From the human T2T-CHM13v2.0 reference genome, Homo sapiens: DNA of 64,000 nucleotides. Below are positions 41,437-64,000 of this stretch, in pieces (within the stretch, counting starts at the first letter, position 1; each line of letters begins with the position of its first letter). Under the pieces are notes generated by a model. The model was not told where the DNA came from. It saw only the letters and a list, made by a program, of their open reading frames with translations, and searched no databases. The stretch lies in the NCBI RefSeq assembly GCF_009914755.1, contig NC_060947.1, one strand, 5' to 3'. A program made the translations under genes and the position numbers.

Positions 41437-42660
41437 GCCCATTTTCTAATGTAAGAATTTACTGCTATAAATTTCTCCTCTTACCACTGCTTTAGCTGCA
41501 TTCCACATATTTTGATACTTCGTATTTTCATTTGCACTGAGTTTTATGTATTTTATTTTCTTTCAAGACTTTCTCTTTGACTTGTGGATTATTTAGATGT
41601 GTGTTTAATTTCCTCACATTAAAATATTTTCCTGTTGTCCTTCTATTATTGATTTCTCATTTGATTCCATTAAGGTTAGAGAACACACTCTCTATGATTT
41701 CAATCCTTTAAAATTTGTTGAAATTTGTTTTATGGCCCGTAACATAGTCTATCTTGGTGAATGATTCATGAGCACTTAAAAAATATGTATTGTTCTGTTG
41801 TCGGGTAAAACTTCCTATATATGCTAATTAGATCTTGTTGCTAGTTCTACATCCCTGCTGATTTTCTGTGTAGTAGTTCTATCAATTTCTACAAGTTGAA
41901 TTGTTGAAATCCCTAATTATAATTGTGGATTTGTCTATCTCCCCTTTTAGCTCTATAAATTTTTTCCTAATAAATTTTGAGGCTGGTTTTGATGTGTATA
42001 CTTTTGGGATCATTAAGTCTTGTTGGTGAATTGATTTTATTATCATATATAAAGATTTTCTTTGTCTCTGAAGTCTACTTCATCATTTTTGTATCTACTT
42101 CTCCTATTTTAAGAATTAATGCTTGCATGGTATATTTCTTTCCATCATTTTCTTTTAACATATCTATGCAATTGAATTTGAAATGAGTTGTTAGTAACCA
42201 GCACATGGTTGGGTTGTGTATGGTTTGTTTGTTTTTGTTTTTTCAGATTTATTTGGACAATCTTTGCTTTTTGAGTAGTGTGTGTTTAGACTATTTACAT
42301 TTAAGGTGTTGATTTGTTAATGCTTAAGAAGTCTTCCATTTTATTATTTGTTTTCTGTTTATTTACACTGTTTCTTGTTCCTCTTAGTCTCTCTCTTCTT
42401 GCTCTACTGGAGGTTACTTGACCAATTTCCAAAATTTTATCTTAATTTATTTACCACATTTTTGAGCATATTAATTTGCATAGCCCTCTTAGTGGTTGCT
42501 CTGGGCATTGCAATATACTTATGAGATTTATTACAGCTGTCTGGTAGCAAAGTTTTACCACCTTGAGTGAAATGTGGAAACTTTACTTCCATTTAGGTCT
42601 CTGTATTGTACTTGCTTTAAAATATTGTCTGGAGTATCAGATGGAGTATTTTTTTATAAT
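41437..42660 (-). mobile_element. Old L1M (MC/MD-like) ORF2 5' region; host of the L1MA, continuing from ~20680-20905
   Basis: ttttctaatgtaagaatttactgctataaatttc continues the antisense ORF2 sequence left at ~20900. Confidence 0.75.
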
Positions 42661-42669
42661 CATCATATA

Positions 42670-43138
42670 AGTTATGGGTTGAATTGTTTCCCCTCTCCAA
42701 ATGTTGAAATACTAACTCCCAGTACCTCAGAATGTGACCATATTTGGAAATAGGGTCATTGTAGATGAGGTTATATTGGAGTACGCTGGACCCTTAATCT
42801 AATATAATTAGTGTCCTTAGAAGAACAGAAGAGAGACACAGAGACAGAGACACACACAGGGAGAATGCCATGTGATATGAAGACGGGGATTTAAGTGCTG
42901 TAGTTACAAGCCAAGGAACACCAGAGTCCAGAAAATCATCGGTAGCCAGGAAGAGACAAGGAAGGATTCTCCCCTATCCAAATCAAAGGGAATATGACCT
43001 TGCCAACACCTTGATTTTGAACTTCCAGCCTCCAAAACTGTGACATAATAAGTTTCTGTTGTTTCAAGGCACACAGTCTGTGGTACTTTGTTATGTCAGT
43101 CCTAGGAAGCTAATACAGGTTTTGGCTGCTGGGAAGTA
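42670..43138 (+). mobile_element. MLT1C-like LTR plus ~20 bp of MaLR internal leader
   Basis: gttatgggttgaattg...ggaagctaataca (ends 43117) followed by ggttttggctgctgggaagt. Confidence 0.88.
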
Positions 43139-43899
43139 AAACACCCTACTCTCTATTTCTCTCCTCTGAGACTGTAATGATATGCATATTGTATATTTTA
43201 TTACTGTCCTTCAGTTCTCTGAAAGTCAGTTTATGAGTTGGGAGTGATAAGGGGAGGGGGAGAGGAAGTTTGAGAAGAGAAGATAAAGTGAGATAATTAT
43301 TTTGGAGTATGGGAGAAAAAAATTTATTAGGGGAATATAGTGGATTGCTAGGAATGGAGTAGGGCAATATTAAGTATGCATTTGGTATTGTGGTCATGAA
43401 ATTAATGACAGATCATATGCTATACCATGCATCTTGTACATTATGTCATGTATTATGTATGGGGTATTTGTGTGTATGTATGTGTGTGTGTGTAACACTT
43501 CAGACCCATGTATAACTAAATACTTCAGGACTTAGAGTAATCTATGTTGTTTTTCTTTTAAATAATTCATTTCAATCCAAGTCAACCATAATTTATTAAG
43601 GCCTGTACTGTTTATTACAAGGCTATTTTATTTCATTTTCCAGGTGAAAGGTAGTAAGAAAATAATTTTTGTAATACCACACTATAATAAAAGTTACCAG
43701 AGCCTCCTAAAATGTGTGTTTCTTGATTCCCCAGATCTAGCTTTTGATTCATCCTCCCAGACCATCTTGGTTAAAGTCGGATCACCTAGTCAAAATGAGT
43801 CTTTGCAGAGCTCTTAATTGCTCATTGGTGACACACATGGGCTATCATCATAGAAGGTGGGCAGGATGATTAGATAGTTAGGTGCTATGCTATGTAATT

Positions 43900-44075
43900 G
43901 GACAGTCTTAGCTCAAATCCTGGCTCTGTCATTTATTATCTTTGTGACCCTAGACAGGTTACTTAACCTCTCTATACCTCGGTTTCAACATCTGTAAAAT
44001 AGAGATAATAACAGTCCTGAACTCATAAGGTGTGAGAAATTAACTGATAATATGTAGAGGACTTAGTATGAAGCT
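43900..44075 (+). mobile_element. MIR SINE
   Basis: Core caaatcctggctctgtca...gttacttaacctctct...catctgtaaaatagagataata. Confidence 0.85.
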
Positions 44076-44125
44076 TGTAAAACAGCTTACTGGTCATATT
44101 TGTCTCTCAAGGGCCACTTTTGTGT

Positions 44126-44441
44126 TTTATTTTATTTTATTTTATTATATATATATATTTTTGAGACAGAGTCTCACTCTGTTGTCCAGGCTGGAGTGCA
44201 GTGGCACAATCTCGGCTCACTGCAACCTCTGCTCCTAGATTCAAGCAATTCTCCTGCCTCAGCCTCCTGAGTATCTGGGATTACAGGCGTGTGCCACCAT
44301 GACCAGCTAATTTTTGTATTTTTAAAAGAGACGGGGTTTCATCATGTTGGCCAGGCTGGTCTCGACCTCCTGACCTCGTGATTCACCTGCCTCGGCCTCC
44401 CAAAGTGCTGGGATTACAGGCTTGAGTCTCTGCACCCGGCC
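44126..44441 (-). mobile_element. AluSc/Sg-like SINE
   Basis: ctcctgacctcgtgat diagnostic; (TTTTA)n(TA)n tail. Confidence 0.95.
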
Positions 44442-45039
44442 TTGTGTATTTCTTAGAGAGCCTCCCAGTAAGAATCTCTGACTAGCACCCCTGATGGCAG
44501 TGACTATTCTCAGGCTGCCCACTTCTTACTCCCTCCCTCAGCCTCAGTCCATTCCACATAAATGCTCTTTTGGGCTTATTTCACCTCTCTTGGGCATTAT
44601 TACTTTTAAAAGTGATTGCCGTCTAGCTCCCTAACTCCTGGACAATGTCTGTTTCCTGGAAAATCACGCTTTTCAGCTCTGCTGTCGAACAGGCAGTGCA
44701 ACCATGGCCCTGCACCTCTAGTCCTCCCATGTGTGAATTTTAAATACGAGTCCTTATGTTTTCTGCACCCCAGGGGATAATTGTTTTTGAAATGCTCCAC
44801 ACTTTGAGTCCCCTCTCGCTTGGCTGAGGTGAGAAAAAATATCCCATCTGATCCCTCATGAGAGACAGAGAGGGGAAACACTCAGTACACCAACAATTCT
44901 CCAAAGAAATCCTCCACCTATGACTCTCCAACCTCAACTCCTTAAATACATGGGAGTTGAGTGATGGTCTAATTCTGTTTCATCATTCTCTTAGCATGTC
45001 TTTTTGGGTGGCTTGGCATTTCACTTAAGGATATTTGCG

Positions 45040-45485
45040 GTGGTGGTAATAGTCATTCATATTCTTCACCAGATCTTTCCTCCTTCTTGGCACAGAATGG
45101 GATTACATATCTTTGCCTACAATGAAGTCAGATAAAGCCAAGTGACTTGTTTTGTCCAACGAAATGTGAGTGAAAAGCTTTTGGCCAGAAACTTTATTAT
45201 GTATTTATTTTAGAGACAAGGTCTTGCTCTGTCACCCAGGCTGGAGTGCAGTGGCCTGATCATAGCTCACTGTAACCTAGAACTCCTTAGCCAGAAGCTT
45301 TACAAGTCACTGTTGTATGTTGAAATGTATCCTCCATAAGCCTGGGACTCTAAATGACAAGGATGAGCAGGGTGTCCTTGCTGATATGCATTGGTAATGT
45401 TGTGTGAATAAGAAATATAGTTTTGTGTGTCAACCACTCATATTTTGGGGTTGTTTTTATAGCAGAACCTAGTCCACCCTAACAG
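45040..45485 (+). mobile_element. Old MLT1 (I/J/K-like) LTR remnant
   Basis: gccaagtgacttgttttgtccaacgaaatgtgag and ttttggggttgtttttatagcag...ctaac motifs. Confidence 0.65.
45197..45289 (-). mobile_element. 5'-truncated old Alu/FAM fragment
   Basis: TSD gccagaa(a/g)cttta at 45184-45196 and 45290-45302. Confidence 0.88.
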
Positions 45486-45649
45486 GAATATATTTGACAT
45501 TTATTTGTACTGGTCTTTAGGTTCTCTGTGAAGTTCAAGAAAACGTAAGTGATAACATTTTATATTCTTGTTAAATTATTATTAGTAGTATTTGTTATGA
45601 TTATCATATTTACATTGGAACTTGTGTGATTGTCACGTTTATGGGAAAG

Positions 45650-45845
45650 TGACTAATCAGAGAGACGAGGAGATAAAAAACATGATTTCACACCCTAGTT
45701 CTAACACTAATTTTATATAGCTAGGCCTTCTAAATTTTCCTCAAATATAAAACAGAGATATATACTTCCCCTGCCTGTTTCACTGAGTTGTCTTAAGCAT
45801 CAGTGAGATCATGGATAAGAAAGTGCATTGAAAACTCTAAAGCAG
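45650..45845 (+). mobile_element. Degenerate MIR
   Basis: ttttcctcaaatataaaacagagata...aagtgcattgaaaactctaaagc. Confidence 0.55.
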
Positions 45846-46084
45846 ACCACAAACATAACATACAAAATTGTGGTTCATATCCCAGGCTGTGCATCAGAAC
45901 ATTTAGTCAGACATTATTTCTGCATTTCTTTGCAATTATTTGTGCAGTGAAATGTATCAATTCCTCATTGGATGGAATAATCTATGGTAGCTTTCTAGTG
46001 ATCAAAAAGCCTTCCAGTCACGTCTGTTCTATGTTCAGCACTATACCACGCCATTGGAGAAATGCTAGATAAGTCTAAGGTATG

Positions 46085-46285
46085 GCTCATAGCATCAATA
46101 GTGTATTCTTGAAAAATGTTTAGAGTGTGAATGTTAAGTGTTTTTACCACAAAATGATAATCAAATGAGGTAATGCATATGTTAATTAGTTAGATTTAGC
46201 CATTCCATAACACATATATACTTCAAAACATCATGTTGTACACAATAAATGCATATAATTTTATCTGTCAATTAAAAATAAATTT
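46085..46285 (+). mobile_element. L1MA 3' end fragment
   Basis: gaggtaatgcatatgttaattagttagatttagccattcc...aaaacatcatgttgtacac. Confidence 0.8.
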
Positions 46286-46392
46286 TTTGAGGAAGAGGAA
46301 TAACAAGATTTTAAAAACTGCAAATGAAACAAAACCTATAATTCAGGCAGAGTGAAGACCTTGGCAAATTAACCACCTGCAAAAACAATGAT

Positions 46393-46548
46393 AGGCTGGG
46401 CATGGTGGCTCATGCCTGTAATCCCAGTGCTTTGGAAGGCTGAGGAAAAAGGATTTCTTGAGGTCAGGAGGTCAAGGTTATAGTGAGCTATGACTGTGCC
46501 ACTGCACCCTAGCCTGGATGGCAGAGTGAGAACCCATCTCAAAAAAAG
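46393..46548 (+). mobile_element. Alu monomer (FRAM-like or recombined)
   Basis: ~155-bp monomer with A tail. Confidence 0.85.
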
Positions 46549-47292
46549 CAGTAATAAACTGGTAAAATTATTGAAACAACAATTTCAGAACTCTGAACAT
46601 TAAGCAGAGGGACACAGTAAATTGAAAAGCATTTATTCAAGAAAAACTACTGAATCTCAGTAAAAACAGTGGGATTTTTTTTAAGTTGAGGTTGCTCCCA
46701 TCCCTCCTCCCCCTACCCCACCTACCTAATTCTGTGCTGCAGTATTTATGAAGACGATTAGCTTGGCTACTGGCTGGAGGTGGCTGATCTGACTTGGAGC
46801 TCTGCTGAAGTCCAAATGCCCAGGGATATTATTGAAAACAATAGTGACCAGTGCCAAAAAATTAAAGGCTAATGCCATAGCTGTCTGAGGCTATGATACT
46901 GGTTGAGCAAACTAGAGACCAACCAAAAATGATAAGTGGAGATCTGGGGAATGAGATAACTTTAGAAGGTTTTGAAAAGGCTGTCATATTCTTGAAGAAT
47001 CCGGAAGTCTGTGTGCATGTGCAGGGCTAAGAACATACTGAGCAAAGACCAGAGAGGGCCCTAGTAATCTACTCACACCCAAATGATGGAGAGGCTCTGC
47101 ATAAGCAGAAAGTAAAAGCCAAGGCAGCTCAATTAACTGGATTAACTTTGAATGCATGCCCCAACCCCAAAATCATCTCAGCAAAAAGTGGAAGCTTTAT
47201 TCGCTCAAGGTCTTCAAGTACAACCTGTTTAACATTGACCAATATTTGTTGGCTAGTAAGCAATGCTGATCCAGGGATGATTCCTAGGAAGC

Positions 47293-47696
47293 TGTCTTAG
47301 TCTATTTGGGCAATTGTGACAAAAACGCCATGAAACAAAATGCATAACAAAAATGCCACAGACTGGGTAATTTATCAACAACAGAAATTTATTATTCACA
47401 GTTTCAGAGGCTGGGAAATCCAAGATCAAGTGACCAGTGGATTTGAAGACTGGTGAGGGGTCACTCTCTGCTTCAAAAATGGCACCTTCTCACTGTGTCC
47501 TTTCACAGTGTCCTCACATGGCAGGAAGGCAAAAGGGCTCCTGTAAGCCTCTTTTATAAGGGCACCAATCACAATCATGAGAGTGGAGCTCTCATGACCT
47601 AATCACCTCAATGTCCTCATCTCTTAATACTATCATCTTGGGGGTTAGGTTTCAGCATATAAATTTTGGGTGTACACAAACATGCAGACCATAGCA
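47293..47696 (-). mobile_element. MaLR solo LTR (MSTD/MLT1A-like)
   Basis: tgtcttagtc...cagaccatagca; perfect 5-bp TSD gaagc. Confidence 0.9.
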
Positions 47697-48122
47697 GAAG
47701 CCAAGCTTAAAAATAAAAACAATTAAGAAAAACAACAGATTAGACAATTCAGTGGTTGCACATTGGAGGGAAGACAAGTACTGTATATTTAGTCCAGGCA
47801 AATCATTAAATATACAAACAAAAAATAACAACATTAACAACAAGATCCTCCAGTAGCAACAGCAATCACTGGGAGGCGTGGGGAGAACATAATCGATAGT
47901 TGCTACAATATTTTATCTAAAATATATTCAGTTGTCAACAAAAATTTATGAGACATGCAAAGAAATAAGAAAGTGTGGCCCATACACAGAAATAAAAATC
48001 TACGAACAGAAACTGTCTCTAAAGGAGACCATATGTTGAACTTAGTTAAAAAAGACTTCAAGTATGTTTTTATAAATATGTTCAAAGAAGTAAAGGAAGC
48101 CGTGCTTTAAAAGTTAGGGGAA

Positions 48123-48196
48123 TTGCACCACTGCATTCCAGTCTGGCGACAGAGTGAGACTCCATTAAAAAAAAAAAAAACAAAGAAAAAAATAAA
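48123..48196 (+). mobile_element. Severely 5'-truncated Alu
   Basis: Last ~45 nt of an Alu plus A tail; flanks aaaagttaggggaatt / aaaagttaagggaaatt. Confidence 0.85.
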
Positions 48197-48332
48197 AAAG
48201 TTAAGGGAAATTATTACTACAATGATTCATAAAATAGAGACTATCAATAAAGAGTTGGAAATTAGAAAAAAGGAGCCAAATGGAAATTCTGGAATTGAAA
48301 AGTCAAATAACTGAATAAAGAAATTCACTAGA

Positions 48333-53712
<5,380 letters not shown>

Positions 53713-53871
53713 AAAGAAATTCACTAGAGTGGCAGAGCAGCAGGTTTGAGCTGAAAGAGGAAATAATCAGTGAACTTGGAGACAGATCAATAGGGATATG
53801 CAGCCTGAAGAACACAGAGAAAAAAGAACAAAGAACAATGAACAGAGACTTAGAGTAATTTAGTACACTTT

Positions 53872-54438
53872 TGTGATGGTTAATGTTAGGTGTCAACTTG
53901 ATTGGACTGAAGGATGCCTAAACAGCTGGTAAAATATTGTTTCTGGATGTGTCTGTGAGGGTGTTGCCAGAGGAGATTGACATTTGAGTCAGTGGACTGG
54001 GAGAGGAAGACCCACTCTCACTGTGGTTGGGCACCATCCACTCAGCTGCCAGCATGGCTAGAACAAATCAGGCCGAAGGAGGTGGGAAAAGCTAGTTTGC
54101 TGAGTCTTCTGGCTTTCATCTTTCTTCCATGCTGGATGCTTCCTTCTGTTCCTCCTGTCCTTAGACATGAGACTCTAGGTTTTTCAGCCTTTGAACTATT
54201 GGTTTGCTGGGGGCTCTTGGGCCTTTGGCCACAGACTGAAGGCTGCATTGTTGGCTTCCCTACTTTTGAGGCTTTTGGACTTGGACTGAGCCATTACTGG
54301 CTTCTTTTTTCCTCAGCTTGCAGACAACCTATCATGGGAATTTGCATTGTGATCATGTGAGCTAATTCTCTCCATTAAATGTCTTTTCATATATACATGT
54401 ATCCTATTAGTTCTGTCCCTCTGGAGAACCCTAATACA
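53872..54438 (+). mobile_element. MLT2A-like (HERV-L) solo LTR
   Basis: tgtgatggttaat...gtcaacttgattgga...ctggagaaccctaataca. Confidence 0.92.
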
Positions 54439-55104
54439 CCTGTTAAGCACACTAACATATGCATGATGGGAGCAGTGGAAAGAGAAGAGAGAAAAAAAGG
54501 AACGGAAAAGAATATTCAAAGGAATAATGGATGAGAACTCCCAAAATATGGCAAAAACATTAATTTGCACTTTCAAGAAGCTCAACAAACTACAAGTAGT
54601 GTAAACTAAAGGAAGTCCACACCTAGACACACCACAAAAAACTGTTGAAAAACAGACAATCTTGAAAGCAACAATACAAAATGACTCACAAAAATACCCT
54701 AATGAAGAATAGCAGCTGACCTCCCATTAGAAATCATGGAGCCAGAAGGCAATGGGATGATATTCAAAGTGTTGAAAGAAAAAAACTGTCCACCAAGAAT
54801 TCTATCTTTCAGAAAGGAAAATGAAATAAAAACATTCTTAGTTAAACAAAGACTGAAAGTTCATTGCAGTCAGACCTGCCTTACAAGAAATTCCAAGTTT
54901 TCAGGCTGAAAAGATATAAAACCAGATGGTAACTTGAATCTGTTATGAAGAAATAAAGAACACAGGTAAAGTAATTCCATAAGTAAATATAATAGAATAA
55001 AGATATATTTAAATCTTCTCTTAGTTTTTAAAACATTGAATAAAATAATTAAATTGTGTAAAACAATTTAAAACTGTATTGTTGGGCATATAACATATAA
55101 AGAT

Positions 55105-55531
<427 letters not shown>

Positions 55532-55968
55532 TCAAAGTAGATTATTTTAAGATGCAAATTATAATCCCAACAACAACCCTAAGAAAACAACTCAAAATAT
55601 ATTAAAAACAACAACAAAGGAATTAAAATGGTATATTAGAAAATATCTATTCAACAAAAATAGGTAGTAAAGAAAAAGGATAAGATTAATGAAGGCATGA
55701 GACATGTATGGAAAAAATACCCAGATAGCAGACATAAATCCAACTACATAAAGTTACATTAAAGAAATAAATTAAGGAACCCGGTGTAAACATAGATTGT
55801 CAGATTGGATAAGTGAAACACAGGATCCAACTATTTCCTGCCTGCAAGAGATTCGCTTTAGATTTAAAGCCACAAACAGGTTGAAAGTAAGTGGATGGAA
55901 AAGGATACACCATGCAAACAGTAACCATAAGGTAGCTGAAATTGCTATTTTAATATCACACAGAATAA

Positions 55969-56318
<350 letters not shown>

Positions 56319-57472
56319 AAATTGACAATTTATCAGAAAGATGTAAATATTATAAACATGTTTGTATCTAACAACAAAGCCCTAAAAATACTTAAAACAA
56401 AGCTGACAGAATTGAGTAAAACAGACAATGTGACAATAATAGTTAGAAACTACAATATTAATAGAACTGCTAGATGGTTAATCTGTAAGTATTAAAGCAA
56501 CTTGAAGAACTGTATTAATCAATTTGACTAACTGATATAGAAGACTGCATCTAACCACAGTAAAATTCACATCCTTTCAAAAGTGCACATGAACTATTCC
56601 GCAGGGTAGACTATATGCTATGCCTATATAAGTCTCAGCAACTTAAAAGGATTGAAACCATGCCAATTATATTCTCTGACCACAAGGAAATTAAATTATA
56701 AATCAATAGAAAGGCATTTGCAAAATCCGGAAATACTTGGAAATTAAACAATATATAGCCAAATAGTCCATGGATCAAAGAAGAAATCACAAAGAAGATT
56801 AGAAAGTATTTTGAACTGAATGAAAATGAAAACACAACATATAAAAGTTTATGGGATGTAGCTAACTTAGTGCTTAGGATAAAATACATAGCTTTAAATA
56901 TCTGTATTACAAAAGAAGTTCTTCAATCAGTAATCTAATATTCCAACTTCAGAATCTAGAAAAAGAAGAGCAAAATAAACCCATGACAAAGATAGGGAGC
57001 AGGCGTAAATAAAATTAGAGCAGACATAAATAAAATACAAAACAGAAAAACAACTGGGGAAATCAATGAAACAAAAAAATTTATTCTTTGAAAAGATCAA
57101 CAAAACTTGAGAAATCTTTAGCTAAACTGACCAAAACAAAAGAGAGAAGATACACATCACCAAAATCAGGAATATAAGAGGGGACATCAGCACTGAACGT
57201 ACAGCCATTAAAAGGATTATAAAGAAATATTGTAAACAAATTTAATCCAATAAATTGGAAGACTTAGATGAAATGGACAAATTCCCAGAAAGGCACAAAT
57301 TACCAACACAGACTTTAAAAGAAACAGAAAATCTGAATAGATCTATAACAACTAAAGAAATTGAATATATAATTTAAAATTTCTCATAAAGAAAACCCAG
57401 ATGTGGGTGGCTTCCCTGGTAATTCAATCAAACATTTAAAGAAGAAATGGTGCCAATATTCCAAAATTGTTC

Positions 57473-58940
57473 ATTATTAAAAGTCCCCTGCTATTATTGT
57501 ATTGCAATCTATCTCCCCCTTTAGATCTATTAATGTTTGCTTTATATATTTGGGTGCTCCAGTGTTGAATGTGTGTAAATTTACAATTGTTATGTCTTCT
57601 TGCTGAATTGACCCCTTTATCATTATAAATTGACCTACTTTGTCTCTTTTTATAGTATATGACTTGAAGTCTATTTTATCTGATATAAATATAGATAATC
57701 CTGCTCTTTTTGGTTTGGATTTGCATGGAATATCTTTTTCCATCCCTTTACTTTCCGTCCATGTATGTCTTCGTAGGTGAAGTGAGTTTCTTATACGCAG
57801 TATATAGTTGGGTCTTTTGTTTTTTGTCCAAGTGCTTCAGAACATTGTTCGGGGCAAAGACTTTTTAAGTAAGACCTCAAAAGCATAGGCAAAAATGCAA
57901 AAATAAACAAACGAGATTATGTCAAGATAAAATCGTAGGTTGGTGCCAAAGTAATTGTGGTTTTTGCCATTAATGGCAAACAATTCAATAGCAAAATAAC
58001 AAATAATCAAATTTAAATATGGCTAAAAGATATGAGTAGAGATTTCTCAAAATACAACATACAAATGGCTATTGGGTATATTAAAAATACTCAACATCAC
58101 TAATCATCAGGGAAATGCAACTCAAAACTACAATAATGTAACATCTCACCCCTGTTAAAATGACTTTTATTAAAAAAACGAAAAATAACATATACTGGTG
58201 AGGATGTGGAGAAGAGGAACCCTCGTACCCTGTTGGTGGGAATGTAAATTAGTACAGCCACTATGGAATGTATATCCAAAAAAAAAAAAAAAAAGGAAAT
58301 CAGTATATTGAAAAGATATCTGTACGCCCATGTTTATTGCAGCACTACTTACAAAAGCCAAGATATGGAATCAACCTAAGTGTCCATCAACAGAAGAATG
58401 AAAAAAGAAAATGTGGTATGTATACACAATGGGATATTATTTAGCCATAAAAAAGTGAAATCCTGTCATTTGCAGCAACATTGATGGAACTGTAGTTCAT
58501 TATGTTAAGCAAAATAAGCCAAGCACAGAAAGAAAAGTATCACATGTTCTCACTTATCAATGGAAGCTAAAACTGGTTCTCATGGAGGTAGAGAGTTGAT
58601 TGGCAATTACCAGAGGCTGGGAATAGTAGAGGGGAGGGGAAATGAAGTGAGGTATGTTAATGGGTACAAAAATACTGTTTGATAGAAGGAATAAGGTCTA
58701 GTGTTCTATAGTACAATAGGGTGTCTATAGTTAACAATAATATATTGTATATTTCAAAAAAGCTAGATGAGAAGAATTGGAATGTTGTCAACATAAAGAA
58801 AAGATAAAAGTTCAAGGTGATAGATATCCCAATTACTCTGATTTGATCGTGATCATTACAAACTGTATGCATGTATCAAAATATCACGTATACCCCCAAA
58901 ATATGTACAAGTTATGTATCGATAAAAAAAGAAAAGAAGA
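57473..58940 (+). mobile_element. L1MA (MA4-like) 3' segment (+, ~57830-58940) preceded by an inverted EN-domain segment (-, ~57473-57825)
   Basis: ORF 57743-57477 (EN, IIAGDF) on minus strand; L1MA 3' UTR motifs on plus strand. Confidence 0.8.
57936..57980. mobile_element. Truncated MADE1 (Hsmar1 MITE)
   Basis: taggttggtgccaaagtaattgtggtttttgccattaatggcaaa is one Hsmar1-type TIR plus the start of the second. Confidence 0.88.
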
Positions 58941-58944
58941 CAAT

Positions 58945-62035
<3,091 letters not shown>

Positions 62036-62240
62036 ATGTTGTAAGAATCTATCATTCAGACCTCCATTTTTCAACCATCTAGTCAACAGGACAGAGTATA
62101 CCATGACTATGAGGTTATGAACAACTAATTCTCCCAATTTTTTATTTTGTCCATTATAGAATCATGGGGAAATAACTCACTTCTCAAATAACTATTTCCA
62201 AATAATCAATGCAAAAGAATTTATTTTAAGAAAGGCAAAC

Positions 62241-62674
<434 letters not shown>

Positions 62675-63659
62675 TCAATAGGAAAGGCTAAATAGTCATG
62701 TGTTCTCCTCATCAACAGGACATATCGGGGAAGAGTTGGTAAGTCAATGCAAAGTTACTGATTTGCAGAAGAGTGGATGCTGCCTGATTTAGCAGATCTA
62801 TTGTAAATCAACTTTCTCACTTTGGTAGTTTTAATACTTTAAAAATATTTGTAAGCAGTTTTAATTTAAACATGTGATAAAAGCTTTTGAGATTTGTAAA
62901 AGTGTACCTGCTTAACATGATCTCGTGTGGTGAGAATATAAATTTTCTTTGTTTAATTTTAAGCTTAAAACAGTACAAAGGAAAGTGTATTTGTTTTTTA
63001 AGAACCTGAGGCAAATTTAATTCCCAATGCTGATTTTCCTGTGGGGATCCAGTGATTGAGTTGTTAATTGAGTAACTCCTTTGTAAAATGCAACATGATG
63101 GGTATATTTCCTTTCTAGAACTTACTAAAGAAATGTACAGAAACAGATGCATATTTTTAAAATTTTAAGCTTCAAAATAGTTTGGCATATTCAGTTAGAC
63201 TGATATAAGTTACTGTGCATTAATGGTTATGTATTTTATGGTTTGAAACAATGCCTGAGCTGGGGAGAATCTTGAAGGTCCAACTATCAGGGGATTAAAA
63301 TTAGGGCCATCGAGATTAACTCAAAGCCAAAGACAAGTCAGGCTTGTCTGCATTTTATTTAAGGAGTGTGTGCATAAATAGTTCACATAATCCAAAGTTA
63401 GTATAATTCTGACAAAAGACAGAAGGTATTTCTATTTAATGACTAAAGTGACACCAAAATGTGGCAATAGCATAACACAGCTTATCTTTCACATACTTGC
63501 CCACTTTGAAATTAATTATGTTCTTCCTGATGATTTTTTTTACTTGAACTATTTCAAAAGTTGCATGCATAGTCAAACTCTCAATATTTTGTATTGTACT
63601 ATCTTAAATTTGCATAGTTAAAATTCCATAAATTGTGACCAAATTGGAACGTGTAAAGC

Positions 63660-63950
63660 AGTACTCTCTGATCTCATCTCTCTACTCCTTTCCAGCCACA
63701 CTGGCTGTCTTCTAGTTCCTTGAGTACTGAATACTGCATGCTTTTCCTACCAAAGGACCTTCACATGTGCTCTTTCTGGGATGTTACCCACTCTCATCCC
63801 CAACTTCTTCTTCACCTAGGTAAATCCTACTCATGCTTAGGGTGCCACCCTCAGTATCAGGTCAAGTTTCTTCATCAGTGGTTCTCATGAAAGTATATTC
63901 CTTCAGAGTTCTTATTTCAGTTTTAAATTATATACTTATAATTGAAGTGC
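63660..63950 (+). mobile_element. L2 fragment
   Basis: tccagccacactggctgtcttctagttccttga L2 motif. Confidence 0.75.
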
Positions 63951-63963
63951 GTTTTTGATTAAG

Positions 63964-64000
63964 TTTTTTTTTTTTTTTTTGAGACGGAGTCTCGCTCTGT
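63964..64000 (-). mobile_element. Alu 3' end, cut by the window edge
   Basis: poly(T) then gagacggagtctcgctctgt. Confidence 0.9.

Noticed and set aside
43625-43660. ttttatttcattttccAG acceptor followed by gtgaaag/gtagta
   Set aside because: Good acceptor but weak donor and no recognisable peptide; not enough to call an exon

Overview
Primate (probably ape) genomic DNA, AT-rich and dominated by nested retroelements. No intact protein-coding gene is supported. Content: four young L1PA copies (two full-length and head-to-head, all with disrupted ORF2), a full-length L1MA and several older L1M elements, a two-LTR ERVL provirus (MLT2D-type LTRs; pro/pol/dUTPase) carrying a U6-L1 chimeric retrocopy, MaLR/MLT2 solo LTRs, about 17 Alu/monomer insertions, MIR, L2 and a half MADE1. 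The main non-repeat signal is a decayed minus-strand reading frame (~3937-1767). It ends in a RanBP2-type zinc finger and starts with a TEX13-like domain, so it is a probable dead TEX13-family paralogue. An unexplained 2.5 kb ORF-like tract lies next to it. L1PA copies of different subfamilies share private mutations, including stop codons, which indicates gene conversion or an assembly/polishing artefact. All family and subfamily calls come from recalled consensus sequences, not from searches.
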